Below, in pieces: positions 11,080 to 19,507 of a DNA stretch of 20,000 nt (its first letter is position 1; the number at the start of each line of letters is the position of its first letter). Below the pieces are notes generated by a model. The model was not told the origin of the DNA, ran no database searches, and saw nothing but the letters and a program-made list of their open reading frames with translations. Made by a program: the position numbers and the translations under genes. Location of the stretch: positions 17,694,002 through 17,714,001 of the forward strand of contig NC_057749.1 in the NCBI RefSeq assembly GCF_004010195.1, read 5' to 3'. Origin of the DNA: Chiloscyllium plagiosum (Eukaryota).

Positions 11080-12043
11080 NNNNNNNNNNNNNNNNNNNNN
11101 NNNNNNNNNNNNNNNNNNNNNNNNNNNNNNNNNNNNNNNNNNNNNNNNNNNNNNNNNNNNNNNNNNNNNNNNNNNNNNNNNNNNNNNNNNNNNNNNNNNN
11201 NNNNNNNNNNNNNNNNNNNNNNNNNNNNNNNNNNNNNNNNNNNNNNNNNNNNNNNNNNNNNNNNNNNNNNNNNNNNNNNNNNNNNNNNNNNNNNNNNNNN
11301 NNNNNNNNNNNNNNNNNNNNNNNNNNNNNNNNNNNNNNNNNNNNNNNNNNNNNNNNNNNNNNNNNNNNNNNNNNNNNNNNNNNNNNNNNNNNNNNNNNNN
11401 NNNNNNNNNNNNNNNNNNNNNNNNNNNNNNNNNNNNNNNNNNNNNNNNNNNNNNNNNNNNNNNNNNNNNNNNNNNNNNNNNNNNNNNNNNNNNNNNNNNN
11501 NNNNNNNNNNNNNNNNNNNNNNNNNNNNNNNNNNNNNNNNNNNNNNNNNNNNNNNNNNNNNNNNNNNNNNNNNNNNNNNNNNNNNNNNNNNNNNNNNNNN
11601 NNNNNNNNNNNNNNNNNNNNNNNNNNNNNNNNNNNNNNNNNNNNNNNNNNNNNNNNNNNNNNNNNNNNNNNNNNNNNNNNNNNNNNNNNNNNNNNNNNNN
11701 NNNNNNNNNNNNNNNNNNNNNNNNNNNNNNNNNNNNNNNNNNNNNNNNNNNNNNNNNNNNNNNNNNNNNNNNNNNNNNNNNNNNNNNNNNNNNNNNNNNN
11801 NNNNNNNNNNNNNNNNNNNNNNNNNNNNNNNNNNNNNNNNNNNNNNNNNNNNNNNNNNNNNNNNNNNNNNNNNNNNNNNNNNNNNNNNNNNNNNNNNNNN
11901 NNNNNNNNNNNNNNNNNNNNNNNNNNNNNNNNNNNNNNNNNNNNNNNNNNNNNNNNNNNNNNNNNNNNNNNNNNNNNNNNNNNNNNNNNNNNNNNNNNNN
12001 NNNNNNNNNNNNNNNNNNNNNNNNNNNNNNNNNNNNNNNNNNN
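11080..12043. other. Assembly gap (964 N)
   Basis: Run of N characters. All long ORFs crossing it are artefacts. Confidence 1.
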
Positions 12044-12168
12044 CACCCCCACTCCGGCCTATCACCCTCACCTTGACCTCCTTCCACCTATTGCATTTCC
12101 TACGCCCCTCCCCCAAGTCCCTCCTCCCTACCTTTTATCTTAGCCTGCTGGACACACTTTACTCATTC

Positions 12169-12196
12169 CTGAAGAAGGGCTCATGCCCGAAACGTC
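12169..12196 (+). ncRNA. Minimal hammerhead ribozyme core motif (predicted), sense to AMDHD1
   Basis: CTGAAGA (12169-75), A, GGGC TCAT GCCC (12177-88), GAAA (12189-92), CG TC. Predicted cleavage after 12196. Identical to the minus-strand core at 9020-9047. Confidence 0.7.
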
Positions 12197-12763
12197 GATT
12201 CTCCTGCTCTTTTCCCTCCCCCACCTTCATCTTGCCCAGATGATGAGGCTCTCATTAATGCTCACACCCATGTATTACCTAAACGATGGCTTCTGTACCA
12301 CAGTGGCAAATTAAGGTGATTTTGAATGTGACTGCTCCTTCCTGAATCTGTCCCTGAGGTTCAGGTATTGCAATTGGTTCAATATCAAAAAATTGCAGTT
12401 CAATGTCAAAAGCCCCAGATAGACCAGATCACAGAGATGGATTCTCTTCGATAGTGTGAAAGAGACATTCCACTCACTAACACCTGCAGAGAGGGAGTGA
12501 GGTGAGGCACATTATGTACAGAATTGTGATGCCTGGGACTGAGTTATTTGGTTCTAATGTACACTTGGGAATTAGACAGCATCATAAAGCTCACAAGCAG
12601 AACCTTGAATTGATCACGGTAACTTCTGAAGGCTGAGATTAAGTGAACCTTCCACATATTGTGCCTTCCACAATGTTTCTATAAGATACCTGTATTAACT
12701 CCTCAATCAAAGCTTTTGACAGTTACAGGCAGAACTGAGTTCCCTCAAGGAGACACTTCGCCC

Positions 12764-12850
12764 CCTTAAAATGGGCAGATTTGAGTTGGAGATGTGAAAC
12801 TTGCTCCTTAAAATGGGCAGATTTGAGTTGGAGATGTGAAACTTGCTCCT
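12764..12850. repeat. Perfect 42-bp tandem duplication
   Basis: CCTTAAAATGGGCAGATTTGAGTTGGAGATGTGAAACTTGCT at 12764-12805 and 12806-12847, followed by CCT. Confidence 0.95.
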
Positions 12851-13061
12851 CAAACCCACTGTAGTTAATCTGGGAGCTCCCTTGTGTGAAGTTTGGGACA
12901 TGTCATCGTGTTTTAATGGCTGTAGGACCCTGGTGTCTGATACACAGCAGGATTAGAGAAACACAGAGGGGAACGCTACTCAACCAGACCTTGGTCATCA
13001 ACTGTCAGCCAAACATTATTGAGAATTTTTGTGTCTGCCTTTCATCCTGTGATTGTTCAGG

Positions 13062-13815
13062 ATATAAGAACTAGGAGGAGGCCATTCAGCCCCTCGAGAC
13101 TCCTCTGCCATTTGATAGCGTCATGGCTGACCTCAACCCCACCTTCCCGCCCACTCTCCAGAGCTCTGCAGCACATTACTCATTAAATACCTGTCTATCG
13201 CCTCCTTACATTTACTCAGTGTCCCACATCTATCTCAATCTGGGGAGGGTGAATTCCCCAGACTCACAACCCTTAAGAGAAACAATTTCTTCTCATTTCC
13301 ATTTTAAATCATAGAATCCCTATCGTGTGGAAGTAGGTCATTCAGCCCATACTGAAGAGCATCCCACCCAATCCCCATAATCCTGTATTTCCCTTGGCTA
13401 ATCTACCTAACCTGCACATATTTAGACAGTGGGAGGGAACTCACGCAGACAGTCACCTGAGGCTGGAATCAAACCTGGGTCCCTGGTGCTGTGAGGCAGC
13501 AGTGCTAACCACTGAGCCACCCTCTGCGACCCCTTATCCTATAACAATGACCTCTCATTCTCGACTATAACACATGAAGAAACATTCTTTCAACATCTAC
13601 TTTGTCAATTCCCTTTATCATCTTATTGACCTCAATTAGATCTCCTCTCATTCATCTGTACCCTAGAGAGTATAGGCCTAAACTGCTCAATCTCTCTTCA
13701 TAAGGCAAACTCTTCATCTCTAGATTCAATCTAGTGAACATCTTTGAACTGTCTCCAATACAACTACATCCCTCCTGAAGTGAAGGGACCAAAATGTGCA
13801 TTGACCATTCTCCTG
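13062..13815 (-). mobile_element. Old CR1 3' fragment split by an HE1 SINE
   Basis: ATAAGAACTAGGAG..GGCCATTCAGCCCCTCGAG is a reverse CR1 tail. It resumes after 13522; minus ORF 13726..13908 ends FWSLHFRRDVVVLETVQR (compare FWSPNLRRDILAIEGMQR in the 16363 ORF). Confidence 0.82.
13310..13522 (-). mobile_element. HE1-type SINE, internally deleted
   Basis: GTGAGGCAGCAGTGCTAACCACTGAGCCACC is the reverse complement of the tRNA head at 14172-14202. Tail ATAGAATCCCTA at the left end. Confidence 0.9.
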
Positions 13816-14059
13816 GATGAAGCACATTATGGTTGGAAGTCGCCGGTTACTAGAATGTGTGCCATGTTGAGTTATGGTAAAGAATATGGTGAACAGTTTT
13901 GATTCCACTTTGTGTATCTTCCAGATCTCTAGCAGGACCCCATCAGTCAGCTGCCTGAATCTTTCTTCATAGCTCAGTCGCTCTGACCCTGGGAATTAAC
14001 CTGCCTGCCTGTATTACTCTGGGCTTGATTCTCGTGTTTCAGTGACCAGAATAGTACAG

Positions 14060-14636
14060 ATCTTAATCACTCCACTGTAGATAGTCATGTCTTCAGCTGC
14101 CTGGACTCTAAGCAATGGTGTTGCCCTCCAAACATTTTCAACTCACTATTTCTCTATTGATGTTCTGGCACGGTGGCTCAGTGGTTAGCACTGCTGCCTC
14201 ACAGCGCCAGGGAACTGGGTTCAATTCCCACCTCAGGCAACTGTCTGTGTGGAGTTTGCACATTCTCCCCGCGTCTGCATGGGTTTTCTCCGGGTGCTCC
14301 GGTTTCCTCCCACAGTCCAAAGATGTGCAGGTCATGTGAGTTGGCCATGGGAAATTGCCCGTAGTGTTAGGTGCATTAGTCAGGGATAAATATAGGGGAA
14401 TGGGTCTGGCTGAGTTACTCTTTGGAGGTTCGGTATGGATTTGTTAGGCTGAAGGGCCTGTTTCCACACTGTAGGGAATCTAATCTAATCAAAACAGACT
14501 GTTTGATAATTCACTTGATGAGCTGGCTGGAATCTCCTTTATTGGCTCAGTGTACAATTATGGTCTGATGAAGCTATCGCAAACTGCTCAGAAAGGTTTA
14601 CTTTGTTAAAGGTGCTGCAAATGCAAATTATTGTTG
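14060..14636 (+). mobile_element. Old L2 3' end (14060-14166 + 14491-14636) split by an HE1 SINE
   Basis: TCTTCAGCTGCCTGGACTCTAAGC before the SINE and ATCTCCTTTATTGGCTCAGTGT...GTTAAAGGTGCTGCAAATGCAAATTATTGTTG after it resemble a recalled L2 3' end. Confidence 0.65.
14167..14490 (+). mobile_element. Full-length HE1-type SINE
   Basis: Pol III A box TGGCTCAGTGG (14174-14184), B box GGTTCAATTCC (14218-14228), V-SINE core with CpGs retained, tail CCACACTGTAGGG(AATCT)n. Confidence 0.95.
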
Positions 14637-15194
14637 AAGGTGGACACAGTGCTAAGGAGCTGCAACATAATAACGTCCAGTATATATTTGATGATTTGGT
14701 CATTTCTGCATGTCATTTGATTTGGGTTATTGATTGCTGCTCAGGCTAGCATTGAGACTAAAATCATCTCCAGACCTTTCCATTTATTACTGAATACCCA
14801 GAAGAGAAGATGATTTAAATGGACACAAGGCTTTGGTTCATTCCTGTCAGAAACTGTATACAGTCACTCTATTATGGAGTCTCTATAAATGATCTAATCT
14901 ACTATCCAAGGGTCTCTGCATGTTTTGCTCTCTCTCTTCTCTCCCCCATCAAGGTAAATGGTGCATTTCACCCAGCTTTCTAATGTCCCCCAGCTCAGCC
15001 GAGTCAGATTGCTCAGGTAGCCTTCTCAGGTTCACTGAGTGACGGAAGCAGTCAGACTCGAAGGTGGAGGTAACACTGGGAGCTCAGCGATGGACATGGA
15101 GCCGAAAGAGAATCACTTTGCCAGTAGGTCAGAGCTCCCCCACCCATTGAAGGTTAAAATTCTTCCCACTGGACCAGAGTGACTGTCAAGTTTA

Positions 15195-15359
15195 ACTTTT
15201 AACATTGTTTCTTATTTCTTTCCATCTTGTTCTGAAGATTTTGCACCAGGGAACTTGTACCTAATATGGCACGGCATGGTAACATTGGGAACTTCTCACT
15301 GTCCTCCTGTGTTTTTGTATTTGAGTGCACGTGACAAGAAAGTCTAAATCTAAATCTAA
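15195..15359 (+). mobile_element. Probable non-LTR retroelement 3' tail (Rex1/L2-like)
   Basis: TCACTGT...GAGTGCACGTGACAAGAAA followed by a (TCTAAA)n tail. Family assignment is tentative. Confidence 0.5.
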
Positions 15360-15501
15360 GATGCATCTTGTTCCCACACTGGCTGGCAGGTAGGGAACAT
15401 GAAACAACTTACACAGAGCAGAAGGAACGTAGGAACGGGTGAAAGCCATTCGGCTCCTAGAGTCTGTTCTGTCACTCATTTTAAACCCATCTAGTTACTG
15501 T

Positions 15502-16124
15502 TGTCACAAAACTGGTTCCTTTTTTTCTAAACGCTGTTCCTTTTCTCAAAGATATTATGTCCTTGGTTTTTTTCCCGCTCCTGGTGCTGATCAGTGTGGT
15601 TTGGTACAGAGATTATAGGGTATTGAGAGGCCTTTTTGTTTATATGTAAACAGATGAGCCTTCAGGCCAAAGTGGTCATGTTTTAGAAATGACCTGTATA
15701 ATGAAAGGGGAATGGTCAGCTCTCTAGCTGAGCAGTTCAGTTCAGAACTAGCTGGGAGCTATGTGGAAACAATCTCTCTCTCTCTCTCTCTCTGCCCTTC
15801 TAATTTCAACCTGTAAGCATCTGTTCCATTCCTTTATATTGTTTTTCAAAAGGGTTAGCTTAGTGGGACTGTTGTGTATATTCGGAACAGCATAATTAAG
15901 TCTAGTTTGGATAGACTGAGTTCTGTAGGGATTCTTTATTCTGGTCTTTGTGTTTCATTGTATAATTTTGTGAATAAATTTCTGTCTGTTTTAAAACCTA
16001 GTAATCAACCGAGCTAGCTTATTCTGGGCAATTCTCACTGTACATTTACCAAAACGAATTGCAAAAGTATGGTCTTTGTTGCCTGCCCAGGAATGTTTTG
16101 AGTGGTCTGGCCTAGTCCATAACA
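15502..16124 (+). mobile_element. Solo LTR (623 bp), Gypsy- or ERV-type
   Basis: TGTCA...TAACA termini, 4-bp TSD CTGT at 15498-15501 and 16125-16128, internal (CT)n at ~15773-15793, AATAAA at 15973. Orientation is inferred from the poly(A) signal. Confidence 0.8.
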
Positions 16125-16139
16125 CTGTAGCCCGCTAAC

Positions 16140-17862
16140 CATGTTGGTGGTGTGTTGGTAATGTCGCTGGGTTAGTGATCCAGACCCACAGTCTAACGTT
16201 CTGGGGACATGGCTTTCAATCCCATCGAGGTAGATGGTGGAATTTGAATTTAATGAAGATCTGGAATAGACAATAGACAATAGACAATAGGTGCAGAAGT
16301 AGGCCATTCTGCCCTTCGAGCCTGCACCACCATTCATTATGATCATGGCTGATCATCCTTATTCAGTATCCTCTTCCTGCCTTATCTCCATAACCCTTGA
16401 TTCCACTATCCGTGAGAGCTCTATCCAACTCTTTCTCAAATAAATCCAGGGACTGGGCCTCCACTGCCCTCTGGGGCAGAGCATTCCACACAGCCACCAC
16501 TCTCTGGGTGAAGAAGTTTCTCCTGAGTTCTGTCCTAAATGGCCTACCCCGTATTTTTAAGCTGTGTCCTCTGATTCGGGACTCACCCATTAGCGGAAAC
16601 ATGTTTCCTGCTGGCAGAGAGTCCAATCCTTTCATAATCTTATACGTCTCAATCAGATCCCCTCTCAGTCTTCTAAACTCAAGGGTACACAAGCCCAGTC
16701 GCTCCAGTCTTTCAGCGTAAGGTAGTCCCGCCATTCCAGGAATTGACCTCGTGAAACTACGCTGCATTCCCTCAATAGCCAGAATGTCTCTCCTCAAATT
16801 TGGAGACCAGAACTGCACACAGTACTCCAGGTGTGGTCTCACCAGGGCCCTGTACAGCTGCAGAAGAACCTCTTTGCTTCTATACTCAATCCCTCTTGTT
16901 ATGAAGGCCAGCATGCTATTAGCCTTCTTCACTACCTGCTGTACCTGCATGCTTACCTTCATTGAGTGGTGTACAAGAACCCCCAGATCTCTCTGTACTG
17001 CCCCTTTACCTAAATTGATTCCACTTAGGTGGTAATCTGCCTTCCTGTTCTTGCCACCAAAGTGGATAAGGATCCATTTATCCACGTGAAAGTGCATCTG
17101 CCATGCATCTGAGCACTCACCTAACTTGTCCAGGTCACCCTGTAATCTCCTAACATCCTCATCACATTTCACCCTGCCACCCAGCTGATGAAATTTGCGA
17201 ATGTTATTGCGAATACCATCTTGTATATCCTGAAGATAGATCGTAAAAAGCTGCGGCCCCAGTACTGATCCGTGCGGTACCCCACTGGTCAGTGCCCGGC
17301 ATTCCGAAATGGAGGGGGGGAGGAGTGTGGAAGGATGAGAGAATGCAGGCTGCGGCCCTATGAAGCAGGGGGAGGGCTTGCAGTTCGCCTGTGTGGGGAT
17401 GTGGGTACTTCCCAATGGCTCCTTCACTTCGAGGTCTCTGACCAATTCTGGTTCGTTGCACAATACCAGATCCAGAATTGCCTTCTCTCTGGTCGGCTCC
17501 AGCATCAGCTGCTCTAAGAATCCATCTCTGAGGCACTCCACAAAGTCTCTTTCTTGAGGTCCAATACCATCCTGATTCTCCCAGTCTACCTGCATGTTAA
17601 AATTCTATTGTCTATTAATGAAGATCTGGAATAGCTGACTGACCCCATGGCAACCTATAACCACAGCTGATTGTCATTAAAACCCATCTGGGTCACAAAT
17701 GTCCTTTAGGGAAGGAAACTGCCATCCTTACCTGGTCTGGCCTACATGCGACTCCAGACCCACCGCAGTGTGGTTGACTTTTAACTGCCCTCTGGGCAAT
17801 TAGGGATAGGTAATAAATTCTGGCCTGGCCAGTGACACCCACATCCTGTGAATGAACATAAT
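16140..17862 (+). mobile_element. tRNA-derived SINE (16140-16269 + 17615-17862) split by a CR1 insertion
   Basis: Head TGGTGTGTTGGTAATGTC...GCTTTCAATCCC. The body resumes after a 20-bp duplication and ends CCCACATCCTGTGAATGAA. Homologous to 3955-4270. Confidence 0.85.
16270..17603 (-). mobile_element. Young CR1 LINE, 5'-truncated, with an apparent large internal deletion
   Basis: ORF 16363..17595 joins the endonuclease C-terminus (FLEQLMLEPTREKAILDLVLCNE) to RT/C-terminal sequence (TSGVPHGSVLGP, LYRALVRPHLEYCVQFWSP, FFTQRVV). (CTATTGT)n tail on the minus strand. 20-bp TSD TTAATGAAGATCTGGAATAG at 16250-16269 and 17615-17634. Confidence 0.95.
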
Positions 17863-17889
17863 AAATTCTATTGTCTGGCCATAAGCTAT

Positions 17890-18096
17890 CATTAGGAGAA
17901 AGTGAGGACTGCAGATGCTGGAGATCAGAGTTGAGAGCATGGTGCTGGAAAAGCGCAGCAGGTCAGGCAGCATCCGGGGAGCAGGAGAATCGATGTTTTG
18001 GGCATAAGCTTTTCATCAGGAATGGTGAATGTCTTATGCCTGAAACATCGACTCTCCTGCTCCTCAGATATTGCTTTTCCAGCACCACGCTCTCGA
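17890..18096. mobile_element. Short palindromic Penelope-derived element with decayed hammerhead cores
   Basis: TSD CCATAA(G/T)CTAT at 17879-17889 and 18097-18107 (1 mismatch). Inverted arms TGGTGCTGGAAAAGC / GCTTTTCCAGCACCA and GAGCAGGAGA.TCGATGTTT / AAACATCGA.TCTCCTGCTC. Confidence 0.85.
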
Positions 18097-18339
18097 CCAT
18101 AATCTATTGTTCCCAGATTTAAAACAATTAATGGATCCCCAGCAGATGCCACTCCACACTTTGTGTATGAGAGGTCCTCACTCTGATGTCAAGGTGATTA
18201 CTCCTCATCCTGGAGACTCTCTCTGTCTCCCTGTCTCCTCCATAAGGGACATTCCGCTGTATGCTGGAGGAAGGGAAGGAGAAGTACATCAAACAATCAA
18301 GTACTGTGTTGCAAAACGAGGCCTGGAGTTGGAAGGAGA

Positions 18340-18532
18340 GGTACACCAGGGAATAATTGAAACAGAGGTCTGTAAATACTTTTAGAAGCCATTTAGAATA
18401 AGAGATATTAAAATGTATGAGGGTAAGCAGGAGAGTGGGATCAGACTAGGTCAATTATACGGTACATGGAGAAATAGCTGGGCAAATTGATGGTCCCAGT
18501 ATATGTTTTCTGTGCTGCACATTCTGTGATGT
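18340..18532 (+). mobile_element. Highly decayed CR1 3' end
   Basis: TATGAGGGTAAGCAGGAGAGTGGGAT...TTCTGTGCTGCACATTCTGTGATGT resembles the CR1 3' UTR seen at 1740-1850 and 8740-8850. Confidence 0.55.
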
Positions 18533-19099
18533 TAAGGAGAAATAGCAGATTGCAAGGTTGGATTTGAAGACTCTGTGAATTGCAGGAGGATGGACTGAAG
18601 GAAGTCTGCTTTTGCCCTTTTTGAAATGAGACACAGAGCAGCCCCACAGAGCTGGCGATAAGACAAACCAAGAGTTGCCATGGTACAGATGGCCTATCAG
18701 TGGGAAGATTTAAAAAATGACGATTCAATGTTTGAGTATTGCTGGCATGCTTCTCCAGACTTGGAGAGTTCAAGACCTATCAAGTAAAACTCAATGACAA
18801 GAGACAACAGCAAGCTGTCCACAAATATCCCCAGCCTTGGCTGTTGACAGATTCACTGCTTTTCTAGCTCACATAGTCTGCTTTCTAAAGAAAACTTGGA
18901 GCTCCTCAGACAGTTAACTTCACAACATCAACTCCCACACAAGCAAGTAATTTTACACCCATTTAATATTACAAAACTATTTCCACTCAAAATGCCTGGG
19001 CCTGCTGTGGCTCTGGACTCGATCCCATGTATCCTGCACTGGGCACTCGACCACAGCAAAGAAACACGCACTAAACTGTACACAGGCCATGAAGCCAAA

Positions 19100-19503
19100 T
19101 ACAGCACAGGGTTAGATACAGAGTAACGCTCTTTCTACGCTGTCCCAATCAAACCCACCCAGGATAGGGACTGGGTTGGATATAGAGTAAAGCTCCCTCT
19201 ATACTGAGGCCCATCAAACACTCCCAGGACAGGGAGACATGGGTTTGGATACAGAGTAAAGCTCCCTGTACATGATCCCCCATCAAACACTGCCAAGACA
19301 GGACAGCACAGGGTTAGATACAGAGTAAAAGTCCCACTACACTGTCCCCATCAAACACTCCCAGGGCAGGGACAGCACGGGGTCAGATACAGTGTAAAGC
19401 TCCCTCTACTCCATCCCCTTCAAAACATCCCAGGACAGGGACAGTACAAGGTTAGATACAGAGTAAAGCTCCCTCTACTATGTCCCCATCAAACCCTCCT
19501 GGG
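19100..19503. repeat. Diverged tandem array of a ~63-70 bp unit, about 6 copies
   Basis: Unit approximately GGGTTAGATACAGAGTAAAGCTCCCTCTACACTGTCCCCATCAAACACTCCCAGGACAGGGACAGCAC. The GATACAGAGTAAA-like core recurs near 19115, 19179, 19248, 19317, 19386 and 19455. Confidence 0.92.
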
Positions 19504-19507
19504 GTTT

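Larger units (their letters stand above)
11018..12206. mobile_element. Penelope-derived element with inverted termini spanning the assembly gap
   Basis: 12-bp TSD CTCTTTTCCCTC at 11006-11017 and 12207-12218. Left arm 11021-11079 matches 8924-8982 directly; right arm ~12100-12206 matches the reverse complement of ~9010-9115. Confidence 0.82.

Noticed and set aside
10755..12243. Six ORFs of 345-453 aa
   Set aside because: They consist almost entirely of X residues from the N gap.
14167..14240. tRNA gene (also 4944-5015 and 13455-13522)
   Set aside because: The A and B boxes are SINE heads continuous with the SINE body and tail; no complete cloverleaf is evident.
14958..15167. Possible decayed MITE ending GGTTAAAATTCTTCCC
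   Set aside because: The left terminal inverted repeat is too degenerate and I found no TSD.
16397..17557. Plus-strand ORFs of 65-107 aa
   Set aside because: Antisense shadows of CR1 ORF2.
16363..17595. Host gene or domesticated reverse transcriptase
   Set aside because: It has a CR1 tail and TSD, lacks the catalytic FADD motif, and its junction region looks artefactual.
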